64,000 bases of DNA from an uncultured Elusimicrobiaceae bacterium (GTDB lineage: Bacteria; Elusimicrobiota; Elusimicrobia; Elusimicrobiales; UBA9959). Position 1 is the stretch's first letter. Every line of letters starts with the position of its first letter. A model generated the notes under the pieces. The model did no database searches, was not told the DNA's origin, and saw only the letters and a program-made list of their open reading frames with translations. Location: NCBI GenBank assembly GCA_964415175.1, contig CAYPYG010000007.1, positions 10,869 to 74,868 on the forward strand. The letters are read 5' to 3'. The position numbers were made by a program, and so were the translations under genes. Positions 34,878 to 44,399 of this stretch are shown here, piece after piece.

Positions 34878-35432
34878 TCAGAGCTCCGCTCTTTTAAGTT
34901 CCGAGTACCTGGGACCGGCGGACGAAAGCTCGCTCGAAAAAAGGACCGCCCCGGTCACCGGAAAACTCTTCCCGCGCCACAGGGCTTCGGCGGCCTCCGC
35001 GGCCCTCCGGGCGGCCTCGGGAGGGACCGGTCCCCTGAGGCGGGCCAGCGTTAGATGCGGGACGAAAGGCCGGTCCTCGAGGACGAACCCTTCGCGGCGC
35101 AGCGCGGCCGAAAATCCCGCGGAGAGCTCCGCCAGGCGCCCGCCGCCGGCGCCGAATCCCATCCAGAATATCCTCGGCCTGTCCGTGGAGGGGAAAAAAC
35201 CCGCCTCGCCCGGGACCGCCGCGAAAGGCCCGGAGCCGGAAAGCGTTCCCAGGCATCGCCCGGCCGCCTCCGCCCGCTCGGGCGGCACCTCGCCCAGGAA
35301 AGCCAGGGTCAGGTGCATCGCGTCCGGGTCCACGGGGCGGGCCGCCGCCCCGAGTTCCGCGCGCGCCGACCGCGCCAGCGCTTCCGGCAGGCCGCGGGGC
35401 AGGGCCATCGCCGCGGCCGCGAAAAGCCTCAT
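34878..35432 (-). CDS. thpR: RNA 2',3'-cyclic phosphodiesterase (2H family, ThpR/LigT)
   Basis: 184 aa with two HxT/S motifs (HLTLAFLG and HLTLARL). Confidence 0.8.
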   Translation of the reverse strand: MRLFAAAAMALPRGLPEALARSARAELGAAARPVDPDAMHLTLAFLGEVPPERAEAAGRCLGTLSGSGPFAAVPGEAGFFPSTDRPRIFWMGFGAGGGRLAELSAGFSAALRREGFVLEDRPFVPHLTLARLRGPVPPEAARRAAEAAEALWRGKSFPVTGAVLFSSELSSAGPRYSELKRAEL

Positions 35433-35436
35433 CGGC

Positions 35437-36303
35437 TCAGGGGCCCTTCCGCGCGGGCTTCCGCCGCAGCCTGGACGGGCGCTTCTTTTTCTTAGGCGGC
35501 CCCTCCAGCTCCGTCCGCTTGATCTCCCCGCGCAGCGCGGCGCGCCGTACGGCGTCGCGCCGCTCCATGGAAAGAGGCTTCCAGCTCTTGCGCAGGGCGC
35601 GCACGCGCTCCCTGTTCTTCGCCATCTGGCCGCGGTGCTTCAGCATGCGCGCGAGGCGCACGGCCTTGTGTCGCTTTATCTGGGCCGAGGCGAATATCTC
35701 GGTGTCCGGCTCGAGGATATACTCGCCCAGTTCCTTGCCGTCCTTGTCCAGCGGCATGAAAGAGACGCTGCCCTCCTCGAAAACGGCCGCGGCGGTCTCG
35801 TTGTTGAAACGGGAGTGCTCCACCGCGAACTCGGTGCCCCTCACGGCGCAGACCGCCGACGGGGTGCGCACCGAGAACTTGCGCTTCTTCATCGCGAACT
35901 TCTCGAGTTTGGCGATGATGGTGCCCAGGAGCAGCTTCAGCTCGGAATCCTCTTTCTCCAGGGTCCCGACCTCGAGTTCGGTGTTGCGGGAGACCGCTAT
36001 CACCCCCTGGTTCTCCAGGTAAACCTCGGCGGAACCGGAGGACCCGGTCTTTATCGAGTCGTCGGGGTCCAGCGGGACCTCGGCCGCGCCCACGGAGGTC
36101 CACTCGGCCGCCTCCGAGGACTTGAGGAGTACCTCTCCGGATATCTTTTTCAGGCGGGCGTCCCACTGCGGCGGCTGGCCGGCGGACGCGCCTCCCGACT
36201 TCATCATCTCGTCGAGCATCTTCCGGTACTCCTCCGCGTCCTGCGCCCCGCACGGGGCCGCGGCGGCGATGAAAGCGATGAGACAGACCTGGACCAGACG
36301 CAT
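35437..36303 (-). CDS. FecR-domain secreted protein
   Basis: 288 aa with a signal peptide. The FecR-type beta segment VRTPSAVCAVRGTEFAVEH, and a basic C-terminal tail. Confidence 0.65.
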   Translation of the reverse strand: MRLVQVCLIAFIAAAAPCGAQDAEEYRKMLDEMMKSGGASAGQPPQWDARLKKISGEVLLKSSEAAEWTSVGAAEVPLDPDDSIKTGSSGSAEVYLENQGVIAVSRNTELEVGTLEKEDSELKLLLGTIIAKLEKFAMKKRKFSVRTPSAVCAVRGTEFAVEHSRFNNETAAAVFEEGSVSFMPLDKDGKELGEYILEPDTEIFASAQIKRHKAVRLARMLKHRGQMAKNRERVRALRKSWKPLSMERRDAVRRAALRGEIKRTELEGPPKKKKRPSRLRRKPARKGP

Positions 36304-36313
36304 TATGCCCCCT

Positions 36314-37486
36314 TCAGACGACGAGTTTCCTGAATTGGCGCCTGCCCACCTGCAGCACGCATTCCCTGGGGTCGAAAACGATGTCGTCCTTAACGGTCTC
36401 GCCGTCGAGGCGGACCGCGCCCTGGGCCAGCATGCGCCGGGCTTCGTTGGTCCCCTTGCAGAGCCCGGAGGCGACGAGCAGGTAGGAGAGGCGCCCGGCC
36501 TTTTCCACTTTGTGGGTCTCCATTTCCGACGGCATTTCTTTTTTGGAGAAGACCGTCTCGAAATGCTGGCGCGCGAGGCTGGCCTCGTCCTCGCTGTGGA
36601 ACCTGGAGACGATGAGCCCGGCCAGGCGCTTCTTGGCCTCCATCGGATGCTGCGCGCGGACCTCCGCCACGCTCTCTTCGGTAAGGAGGCCGTAATAGTC
36701 GTACATCAGCTCGTCCGGCACCGACATCATCTTGCCGAACATGTCGTTGGGATGGTCGTTGAAAGCGACGTAGTTGCCGTAGGACTTGGACATCTTCTTC
36801 TCGCCGTCGGTGCCGACCAGGAGCGGCACGGTCATGACGACCTGCGGCTCCTGGCCGCAGTTTTTCTGCAGGTCGCGGCCCATCAGGAGGTTGAAGATCT
36901 GGTCCTGGCCGCCGATCTCGATGTCGGCCTTCACGGCCACGGAATCGTAGCCCTGGAACACGGGGTAGAGGAGTTCCAGCAGGCTGACCGGGCTGCCGGC
37001 CTTCATCCGGGACTTGAAATCCTCGCGCTCCAGCAGGCGGGAGACCGTCACGCTCTTGGCCGTGGTTATCAGCTCGGCCACGCCGTCGGCGGGCGCCGCG
37101 GTGAAAGGCTTAAGCCACTCGCTGTTGAAGCGGACCTCGGTCCTGGCCCTGTCGAGGACCTTGAAGGCCTGCGTCGTATAGGTCTCGGCGTTCTTTTTGA
37201 CCGTATCGTGGTCTATGACGGGGCGGGTGGCGTCGCGGCCGGAGGGATCTCCGACCTGGGCGGTGAAATCGCCGATGATGAGGACGGCCGTGTGCCCCAG
37301 GTCCTGGAAACGGCGCAGGAGGCCCAGCACCACGCTGTGGCCCAGGTGCAGGTCGCGGCTGGTGGGGTCCACGCCGAGTTTGACCCTCAGTTTTTTTCCC
37401 GAGGAGATCTTCCTGATCAGTTCCTCGTCGCTGACGAGGTCCACGACGCCGCGCTTCAGGACCTGTAGTATGGTGTTGGTGTTCAT
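36314..37486 (-). CDS. tyrS: tyrosine--tRNA ligase
   Basis: Start at MNTNTILQ (ATG 37486). HIGH-type HLGH, KMSKS, and a C-terminal S4 domain. 391 aa. The upstream part of ORF 36314-38434 is run-through. Confidence 0.93.
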   Translation of the reverse strand: MNTNTILQVLKRGVVDLVSDEELIRKISSGKKLRVKLGVDPTSRDLHLGHSVVLGLLRRFQDLGHTAVLIIGDFTAQVGDPSGRDATRPVIDHDTVKKNAETYTTQAFKVLDRARTEVRFNSEWLKPFTAAPADGVAELITTAKSVTVSRLLEREDFKSRMKAGSPVSLLELLYPVFQGYDSVAVKADIEIGGQDQIFNLLMGRDLQKNCGQEPQVVMTVPLLVGTDGEKKMSKSYGNYVAFNDHPNDMFGKMMSVPDELMYDYYGLLTEESVAEVRAQHPMEAKKRLAGLIVSRFHSEDEASLARQHFETVFSKKEMPSEMETHKVEKAGRLSYLLVASGLCKGTNEARRMLAQGAVRLDGETVKDDIVFDPRECVLQVGRRQFRKLVV

Positions 37487-37551
37487 AGTTCCGCCTTCGG
37501 GAACGGTAATTCTATTAATTTTAGCCAGGCTGTTAAAGCGGAAAAACGGGC

Positions 37552-39519
37552 TCAGCGGAAAGTGTAGGGATCGGCCTCCAGCTCCGCTTCCACGCCCGCC
37601 GGCAGGCGCAGGGCCCTGATCCTGTCCCCGGCGGGACCGGGCAAGGCGTCCGGCGGCATCTTCACGACGAAATAAGCCGAGAGTCTCTTCCTGCCCGCGG
37701 CCGGCGGGCGCTCGACGGGGCCGAGCGCCTGCGAGCCGGGCCCGCAGGCCTCCTCCAGCCGCGCGTCCATGTCGGCGAGGGCGGCGTCGAGCGCGCGGCG
37801 GTCGAAAGAGGAGAAATTGACGCGCAACAGGTAGACGAAGGGGGGATAGGCGAAAGTGCGGCGCGAGACCTCCTCGTCGGCGGCGAAGGCCGCCGGGTCC
37901 CACTGGCGCGCTCGCTCGAAGGCGTGGTGACCGGGCTGGCGCGTCTGTATGACCAGCCGGCGCGGCCCCGCCGGGTCCAGGCAGTCGGCCGCGGACACGA
38001 ACATGCGGAACACCTCTTCCGACGAGCGGAAATCCCCGGGCGAGAGGTCGTAATCCGCGTCGGCGAAGCCCGCCAGCGCCAGCGCCGGGAAATCGTGGCC
38101 GCGCAGCGCCAGGCGGGTGCTGACCAGTATGGCGGGGCCGGGACGGGCGAATTCCTCCAGCGCGTCCATGGTCCTGTTGAGCGACGAGCGCACCAGGTCG
38201 CCGTCGAAGACGTGCACCGGCACCGAAGGCAGTTCCCTGCGGGCGGCGGCGGCCAGTTTCTGCGTGCCGACGCCCTTGTCCCGGAAGAGGCGTCCGCCGC
38301 AGGCGGGGCATACCCCGTCGAAAGGCTCCTTGAGGCCGCAGCCCTTGCAGAGGAAGCGAAGCCCCTCGCCGCCGGGCCCGGGGACCGTCGCCATCGGGAT
38401 CTCGCAGCGGCGGCAGCGCTTGGTCCAGCCGCACCTGGCGCAGATCTCGCGCAGCGAGACGCCGCGTCGGTTGACCACCAGGAGGGCCTTGCCGCCGGCC
38501 GCCACGGCCCCGCGCAGGCCGGCCAGCATGGGCTCGGAGATGACGCCGGGCGTGGCGTTGAGGTCCACCAGCTCCACGCGGGGCGGCGGAGGGTCGGAAA
38601 GAAGGGCCGGGCGCTCCAGGAGGCGGAGGGCGCCGGCGGAAGCCCGGGCCCGGCTCTCTACGGAAGGCATGAGGCCGGCGAGAACGGCGCGCGCGCCGCG
38701 CAGCTCCGCCAGTTTCAGCAGGACCTCGCGCGCGTGGAAGCGCGGCTCCTGTTCCTCCTGTTTGTAGAGGCCGTCCTCCTCGGAATCCATAAGGGCGAAG
38801 GAAAGTTCCCTGAAGGGAAGGAACAAGGCCGAGCGCGTGCCGGCGACGATCCGGAGGGAACCCGAAAAAGCCCCGGTCCAGACCTCGCGCCGCTGTTTCG
38901 GCGTCAGCCGGCTGTGCCAGAGCGCGATGGAATCGGGCGGAAGCAGACCGCGCAGTTTCTTTATCAGCGAAGCCGCCAGCGCCAGGTCGGGAAGCAGCAG
39001 CAGGGCCTGTCCCCCGGCCGAGGCGCGCGCCAGCACGTGCGCGTAGAAAGACGGCCTCTCCCTCGAGGACAGGCCGGAGAGGAGCGCCGGACCGGGAGGG
39101 ACGGAAGGGTCCAGGAGCGAATCCGCCAGCGCGTCCAGTCCTTCCGGCGGCGGAGGCGGCAGCGGAGGCGCCGGCGGCGCGGCCGGAGACGGGAGCGGGA
39201 AATCCTTGCCGGGCACGGTGAACAGACCGAGGGCCGCTCCCAGCGGGGCGTCCCAGCGGGCGGCCATCCAGCGGCAGAAGGACATCAGGGCGGGGTCCAG
39301 CAGGGGAAAAGGGTCCAGGGCCGTCTCGACGGTCTTGAGGCGCGCGAACCCCGAGAGATCGGCGTCCTTCTCCTCCAGGCGGCCGACGACCACGCCCACC
39401 CGCCTGCCGGCGCCGAAAGGGGCGAGCACGCGGGTTCCCGGCTCTATGGCCGGGCCGGAAGGTTCCGCGTAGTAGAAAGTACGGCGGAGGGGTACCGGGA
39501 AGGCGACGTCGAGTATCAT
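37552..39519 (-). CDS. priA: primosomal protein N' (PriA) homologue with degenerate helicase motifs
   Basis: 655 aa. The PriA N-terminal DNA-binding region, the Cys-rich zinc region (CARCGW..CRRC..CKGCG..CPACGG) and the GTRSALFLPF motif are present. The Walker A and DEEH positions are not conserved. Confidence 0.8.
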   Translation of the reverse strand: MILDVAFPVPLRRTFYYAEPSGPAIEPGTRVLAPFGAGRRVGVVVGRLEEKDADLSGFARLKTVETALDPFPLLDPALMSFCRWMAARWDAPLGAALGLFTVPGKDFPLPSPAAPPAPPLPPPPPEGLDALADSLLDPSVPPGPALLSGLSSRERPSFYAHVLARASAGGQALLLLPDLALAASLIKKLRGLLPPDSIALWHSRLTPKQRREVWTGAFSGSLRIVAGTRSALFLPFRELSFALMDSEEDGLYKQEEQEPRFHAREVLLKLAELRGARAVLAGLMPSVESRARASAGALRLLERPALLSDPPPPRVELVDLNATPGVISEPMLAGLRGAVAAGGKALLVVNRRGVSLREICARCGWTKRCRRCEIPMATVPGPGGEGLRFLCKGCGLKEPFDGVCPACGGRLFRDKGVGTQKLAAAARRELPSVPVHVFDGDLVRSSLNRTMDALEEFARPGPAILVSTRLALRGHDFPALALAGFADADYDLSPGDFRSSEEVFRMFVSAADCLDPAGPRRLVIQTRQPGHHAFERARQWDPAAFAADEEVSRRTFAYPPFVYLLRVNFSSFDRRALDAALADMDARLEEACGPGSQALGPVERPPAAGRKRLSAYFVVKMPPDALPGPAGDRIRALRLPAGVEAELEADPYTFR

Positions 39520-39547
39520 GGGCGGCCCGCCGTGGAGGTCCCGCCGC

Positions 39548-40444
39548 TCAGGAGGCTTTGCCTTCGAGGAAAGCCTTGAGCATCTTCATGTCGTTCCAGG
39601 TATCCAGCTTGAGTTTCGGGTTCCTGAGGAGGGCGGCGGGATGATAGGTCGGCAGGAGCCGTATGTCGGCGTCGCCGCCGAAAAGGGTCCTGGGATAGAC
39701 GTACCATTTGCCGCGCACTTTGGAGATCCCTTCCTCGATGCCGAGCAGGACCTTGGTGGCGACAGAGCCGAGGGTAACTATGCAGCGCGGCTTTATCAGG
39801 GCTATCTGCCGCTCGAGGTAGGGCCGGCAGACGGCTATCTCCTCGGGCGACGGCGGCCTGTCGTTGCCGCGCGACTCCGGGTTGTCCGGGTTGACCATCG
39901 GATGGCACTTGACGATGTTGGCGATGTAGACTTCGGAGCGCTTCAGGGCGAGGACGGTGTCGAGTATCTTGTCGAGCAACTGGCCGGAGCGGCCGACGAA
40001 AGGCTCGCCCTGGTGGTCCTCCTGGAAGCCGGGACCCTCGCCCACGAACATGACTTCCGCCGAGGGGGAGCCCACGCCGAAAACGGCGTTGATACGATGG
40101 CTGCCCAGCGGACAGCGGCGGCAGCTCTTCACCAGGCTCTCCAGCCCGGCCAGGCCCGCGGCGGGACCGTCGTCCTGCGGGGCCGGGCCGGGGACCGGGG
40201 CGGAGGAAGAGCGGCCGGGCGCGGGGCGGAACGGGGCGGCGGGAGGAACGGCGGCGCGCGGCGCCCGGACGACCGGCGCCGGAACGGCCGCCGGGCGGGC
40301 GGGACCGCCGGGCAGTTCGTGCGGCGAGATATGCAGGTCCTCGTCGAGCCGCCTGATATGGGCGGCGAGGTCCCGGATCAGGGCGGCTTTGTCCGCGGTC
40401 GGTGCCGGACGCTCTGCGTCCGGCCGGGCCAGGGCGCGCTTCAT
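39548..40444 (-). CDS. uracil-DNA glycosylase, family 4, with a Pro/Ala-rich N-terminal extension
   Basis: CRRCPLGSHR..VFGVGSPSAEVMFVGEGPGFQEDHQGEPFVGRSGQLL and the C-terminal HPAALLRNP motif. Confidence 0.85.
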   Translation of the reverse strand: MKRALARPDAERPAPTADKAALIRDLAAHIRRLDEDLHISPHELPGGPARPAAVPAPVVRAPRAAVPPAAPFRPAPGRSSSAPVPGPAPQDDGPAAGLAGLESLVKSCRRCPLGSHRINAVFGVGSPSAEVMFVGEGPGFQEDHQGEPFVGRSGQLLDKILDTVLALKRSEVYIANIVKCHPMVNPDNPESRGNDRPPSPEEIAVCRPYLERQIALIKPRCIVTLGSVATKVLLGIEEGISKVRGKWYVYPRTLFGGDADIRLLPTYHPAALLRNPKLKLDTWNDMKMLKAFLEGKAS

Positions 40445-40450
40445 CGGGGA

Positions 40451-40744
40451 CTATTCCGCCGCGGGGGCGGTGCGGGGGCGCCTGGGGGCGGCTTCGCGCG
40501 CGGCGGCCTCGGCGGCCAGCTTGGCGGCGGCCTCTTCGACCTGCTCGCGGGCGACGCGGCCGTCGACGATGTCGAGCAGGGCCTTATCGATGAGCTGGGC
40601 CATAGGGAGGGAGCGGTTCTCTTCCTGGCGCTTTACGACGCGCGCCCATTTCATGGCCACCACCAGGTCCTTGTACTTGGAAGCCCCGTAATCGCAGATC
40701 TTCTTCTCCAGGAGCTCGGTCTCGGCGTTCTTTTCAGCGGTCAT
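40451..40744 (-). CDS. rpoZ: DNA-directed RNA polymerase subunit omega (divergent)
   Basis: 97 aa. SKYKDLVVAMKWARVV aligns with the NRYxLVxxAxKRARQL omega motif. It follows gmk with an ATGA-type overlap (conserved gmk-rpoZ synteny). Confidence 0.55.
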   Translation of the reverse strand: MTAEKNAETELLEKKICDYGASKYKDLVVAMKWARVVKRQEENRSLPMAQLIDKALLDIVDGRVAREQVEEAAAKLAAEAAAREAAPRRPRTAPAAE

Positions 40745-41439
40745 TTTTTCCTCCGTCGCGGGGAATTAAGTCTCTTCAGGTCTTTTTCGAATCTTTTCAC
40801 GGCGTCGAGGTTGAGGCGGGCCCGGCGGCATTCGGCGTCGGTTATCCCTATCACGTCCTCCACGGCCCTCTCCAGCGTGTCGTTGTAGACGATGTAGCCG
40901 AAGCTGTCGGCTTCCCTGAGCTCCGCCGCGGCCGTGCGCATACGCACGCTGATGCTCTCCGGGGCCTCGCCGCGGCCCGCCAGGCGGCGGCGCAGGGTAT
41001 CAAGCGAAGGCGGCAGCAGGAACACGGTCACGGCCTCTGGGAAAAGCCTGCGCACGGAACGCGCGCCCTTGACGTCTATGGTCATGACCGGTATGCGGCC
41101 GGCGTCCAGCACGTCGCGCACCGACTTGACCGGGGTGCCGTAGAGGTTGCCGTGCACGTTGGCCCACTCCAGCAGCTTCCCGTCCCGCCTGAGGTTGTCG
41201 AACTCGCGGGGGGTTACGAAATAGTAATCCTTCCCGTGCTTCTCTCCCGGGCGCGCGGCGCGGGTGGTGCAGGTGATGCTGAAGCCGAAGCGGGGATCGC
41301 GCTTGAGCAGCTCGGCCCTGACCGTGGACTTGCCGCCGCCCGAAGGGGAGGAGACCACGAGGGGGAAATAGCGCTGCGTCTTTTTTTTCACCAGGTATTC
41401 CCGGTACGGCCGGTATTTAAGGGGCCGGCCGCCATTCAA
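40741..41439 (-). CDS. gmk: guanylate kinase
   Basis: P-loop SSPSGGGKST and TTRAARPGEKHGKDYYFV. The true start may be the internal GTG near 41391, because the N-terminus is about 16 aa longer than usual. Confidence 0.9.
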   Translation of the reverse strand: MNGGRPLKYRPYREYLVKKKTQRYFPLVVSSPSGGGKSTVRAELLKRDPRFGFSITCTTRAARPGEKHGKDYYFVTPREFDNLRRDGKLLEWANVHGNLYGTPVKSVRDVLDAGRIPVMTIDVKGARSVRRLFPEAVTVFLLPPSLDTLRRRLAGRGEAPESISVRMRTAAAELREADSFGYIVYNDTLERAVEDVIGITDAECRRARLNLDAVKRFEKDLKRLNSPRRRKK

Positions 41440-41472
41440 GGCCGGCCGGCCCCGCTCTTTAGCGCCCGGAGC

Positions 41473-44259
41473 CTACTTGTTCTTCCGGGGAGCCTTCAGC
41501 TGCGCCTGCGCCGCCGACAGTATGGCTATCGGCACGCGGAACGGGGAGCAGCTGACGTAGTTGAGGCCGGACTTGTGGCAGAACTCCACCGAGGCCGGTT
41601 CGCCGCCCTGCTCGCCGCAGATGCCGATCTTGAGGTCCTTGCGGGTCCTGCGGCCGCGCTCGACGGTGATCTTGATCAGCTCGCCCACGCCGTCCTGGTC
41701 TATCGTCTGGAACGGGTCGACCGGGATTATCTTGTGCTCGACGTACTCCTTGAGGAAGTACCCCGAGTCGTCGCGGGAGTAACCGAACGTCATCTGCGTC
41801 AGGTCGTTGGTGCCGAAGGAGAAGAACTCCATGGTCTCGGCCAGCTTGCCGGCCATCAGGCAGGCGCGCGGGATCTCTATCATCGTACCGACCATGTAGT
41901 TCACCTTCACGCCGTGCTTCTTGTAGACCTCGGCGTAGACGCGGTGGATGATGGCGGTCTGGTTCTTCACCTCGTTCTCGAGCGAGACGACGGGGATCAT
42001 GATGTCCGGGTACACCTTGACGCCTTCCTGGATCAGCTCGGCGGCGGCCTCGAGTATGGCGCGGGCCTGGGTCTCGGTGATCTCCGGGTAGGTGACGCCG
42101 AGGCGCACGCCGCGGTGGCCCATCATCGGGTTGCTCTCGTGCAGCGAGTTGGCGCGGGCCTGCAGTTCCTCCAGCGAGATGCCCAGCGACTTGCCGAGCT
42201 CCTCGAGCTTCTCCTTCTGGGTGGGGACGAACTCGTGGAGCGGCGGGTCCATCAGGCGGATCGTGACGTGCAGGCCTTCCATGACCTTCAGCGTCGCCTT
42301 GATGTCGTTCTTCATGAACGGGAAGAGGTCGTTGAGCGCGGCCTTGCGCTCCTCGGCCGTATCCGACATGATCATCTTGCGCAGCTGGAACAGCGCCTGG
42401 TCGGAGCCCTTGCCGTAGAACATGTGCTCGATGCGGAAAAGGCCGGTGCCCTCGGCGCCGAACTTGCGGGCGACCATGGAGTCGGCCGGGGTGTCGGCGT
42501 TGGTCCAGACCTTCAGGGCGCGGACCTGGTTGCAGAGCCTGAGGAACTCGCCCAGCATCGGCGACTCGCTGGCGTCGATCATCGCGAGCTTGCCCTTGTA
42601 GGCGAGGCCCTTGGAGCCGTTGAGGGAGATCCAGTCGCCCTCCTTTATGGTCTCTCCGCCGATGTGGAACTGCTTCGCGCCGTGCTCTATCTCGACGGCG
42701 GCGCAGCCGACGACGCAGCACTTGCCCCAGCCGCGGGCGACGAGCGCCGCGTGGGAGGTCATGCCGCCGCGGGCGGTCAGGATGGCCTCGGCGGCCCTCA
42801 TGCCCTCTACGTCCTCGGGGTTTGTCTCCTCGCGGACGAGGATGACCTTCTTGCCTTCCTTATTCCACTTCACGGCGTCGGCCGCGGTAAAGACCACCTG
42901 GCCCACGGCGCCGCCGGGACCGGCGGGAAGGCCCTTGCCGAGAACATGGGCTTTGGCTTCGGCCTTGGGATCGATGATGGGGTGCAGCAGCTCGTCGAGC
43001 TGGGCCGGGGTGACGCGGTTGACCGCCTCGTCGCGGCTGATCAGCTTCTCCCTGTACATGTCGAGCGCCATGCGGACGGCGGCCGGGCCGTTGCGCTTGC
43101 CCACGCGGCACTGCAGCATCCAGAGGCGGCCGTTCTCGACGGTGAACTCGATGTCGAGCATGTTGCGGTAATGCTTCTCGAGCTTGGCGCGTATCGCGGC
43201 CAGCTCCTTGTAGCAGGCGGGCGCGAGCTGCTCCATCGACTTGAGGTGCTTGGACTGCTCGGAGCGGCTGGCCTCGTTGATCGGGTGCGGGGTGCGGATG
43301 CCGGCCACGACGTCCTCGCCCTGGGCGTTCTCGAGGAACTCGCCGTAGAAGTAGTTCTCGCCGGTGCCGGGGTTGCGGGTGAAGGCCACGCCGGTGGAGG
43401 AGGAGTCTCCCATGTTGCCGAACACCATGCTCTGCACGTTGACGGCGGTGCCCCACTCGGCGGGGATCTTCTCGATCTCGCGGTACTTGACGGCCTTGTT
43501 GCCCATCCAGGAGGCGAACACGGCGCCGATGGAGCCCCAGAGCTGGTCCATGTGGTTGTCCGGGAACTCTTTGCCGAGCTGCTCCTTGATCTTGGCCTTG
43601 AAGAGCACGGAGAGCTCCTTCAGGTCGTCGGCGGACAGCTCGGTGTCGGACTTGGCGCCGCGCTTCTGCTTCATGTCCTCCATGATGTGCTCGAGCTGCT
43701 TGCGGATGCCCTTGTTGTCGGCCACTTCTATGCCGGCGGCCTTCTCCATGACGACGTCGGAGTACATCATGATGAGGCGGCGGTAGGAGTCGTAGACGAA
43801 GCGGGGATTATTGGTCAGCTTGACCAGGCCGGGGATCGTGGACTCGGTCAGACCGCAGTTGAGGATGGTCTCCATCATGCCGGGCATGGAACTGCGGGCG
43901 CCGGAGCGCACGGAGACGAGCAGCGGATTGGACGGGTCGCCGAACTTCTTGCCGGTCAGTTCCTCGACGCGGGCGAGGTTCTTCTCGACATCGAGCCTGA
44001 GCTGCTTGGGGTAGGTCCGCCTGTTGGCCCAGTAGTAGGTGCAGATCTCGGTGGTGATGGTGAAGCCGGGGGGGACGGGGAGCTTCAGGGCCGGGTGGCC
44101 GGCCATCTCGGCGAGGTTGGCGCCCTTGCCGCCGAGCAGGTTCTTCATGGATTCTTTTCCGTCGGCTTTGCCGCCGCCGAAAAAGTACACGAGTTTTTTG
44201 GAAAGTTTCGCGGGTTTCGCGGTCTTGCTGGGTTTCTTCATAACGGCCGTCTTAGGCAT
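41473..44259 (-). CDS. ppdK: pyruvate, phosphate dikinase
   Basis: 928 aa. LLGGKGANLAEM, the phosphohistidine region GGMTSHAALVARG, and a C-terminal PEP-utilising TIM barrel with FFSFGTNDLTQ and CGE. Confidence 0.95.
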   Translation of the reverse strand: MPKTAVMKKPSKTAKPAKLSKKLVYFFGGGKADGKESMKNLLGGKGANLAEMAGHPALKLPVPPGFTITTEICTYYWANRRTYPKQLRLDVEKNLARVEELTGKKFGDPSNPLLVSVRSGARSSMPGMMETILNCGLTESTIPGLVKLTNNPRFVYDSYRRLIMMYSDVVMEKAAGIEVADNKGIRKQLEHIMEDMKQKRGAKSDTELSADDLKELSVLFKAKIKEQLGKEFPDNHMDQLWGSIGAVFASWMGNKAVKYREIEKIPAEWGTAVNVQSMVFGNMGDSSSTGVAFTRNPGTGENYFYGEFLENAQGEDVVAGIRTPHPINEASRSEQSKHLKSMEQLAPACYKELAAIRAKLEKHYRNMLDIEFTVENGRLWMLQCRVGKRNGPAAVRMALDMYREKLISRDEAVNRVTPAQLDELLHPIIDPKAEAKAHVLGKGLPAGPGGAVGQVVFTAADAVKWNKEGKKVILVREETNPEDVEGMRAAEAILTARGGMTSHAALVARGWGKCCVVGCAAVEIEHGAKQFHIGGETIKEGDWISLNGSKGLAYKGKLAMIDASESPMLGEFLRLCNQVRALKVWTNADTPADSMVARKFGAEGTGLFRIEHMFYGKGSDQALFQLRKMIMSDTAEERKAALNDLFPFMKNDIKATLKVMEGLHVTIRLMDPPLHEFVPTQKEKLEELGKSLGISLEELQARANSLHESNPMMGHRGVRLGVTYPEITETQARAILEAAAELIQEGVKVYPDIMIPVVSLENEVKNQTAIIHRVYAEVYKKHGVKVNYMVGTMIEIPRACLMAGKLAETMEFFSFGTNDLTQMTFGYSRDDSGYFLKEYVEHKIIPVDPFQTIDQDGVGELIKITVERGRRTRKDLKIGICGEQGGEPASVEFCHKSGLNYVSCSPFRVPIAILSAAQAQLKAPRKNK

Positions 44260-44329
44260 GTTGAGTTTGCTCCTGGATACGCTGGATTGGCCGGTTTGGC
44301 CGGCCCGGCCCTTGGGGGACCGTGTCTAT

Positions 44330-44359
44330 ATGATACTAAATCCTTATAGCGATGGACAA
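44330..44359 (-). promoter_or_regulatory. candidate ppdK promoter (TTGTCC-18 nt-TATCAT)
   Basis: Read on the minus strand. It leaves a ~70-nt leader ending in the AGGAG SD. Its -35 overlaps the -35 of the divergent plus-strand promoter. Confidence 0.35.
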
Positions 44360-44382
44360 TCGCGGCGCGGGGGGGGTATAAT
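44353..44382 (+). promoter_or_regulatory. candidate promoter TGGACA-18 nt-TATAAT with a G8 tract in the spacer
   Basis: TGGACA (44353-44358), an 18-nt spacer ending in GGGGGGGG (44369-44376), then TATAAT (44377-44382). The SD GGGAGAGG and ATG 44400 follow. Confidence 0.5.
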
Positions 44383-44399
44383 CTGGTCGGGAGAGGAAA

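Noticed and set aside
37487-37551. Possible T-box leader upstream of tyrS
   Set aside because: Only about 65 nt separate tyrS from the priA stop. That is too short for a T-box (about 200 nt or more), and I found no specifier or T-box motif sequence.
41381-41388. A8/T8 run at the 5' end of gmk as a frameshift or pseudogene signal
   Set aside because: The reading frame is intact through the run (it encodes KKK) and the kinase motifs follow in frame. It more likely just marks uncertainty about the true start codon (a possible GTG near 41391).
41152-44349. 1065-aa ORF on the plus strand
   Set aside because: It lies entirely antisense to the confidently identified ppdK gene. The translation is low-complexity (Ala/Gly/Leu/Arg/His/Asp-rich) with no motifs. 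It is a typical GC-rich antisense open frame.
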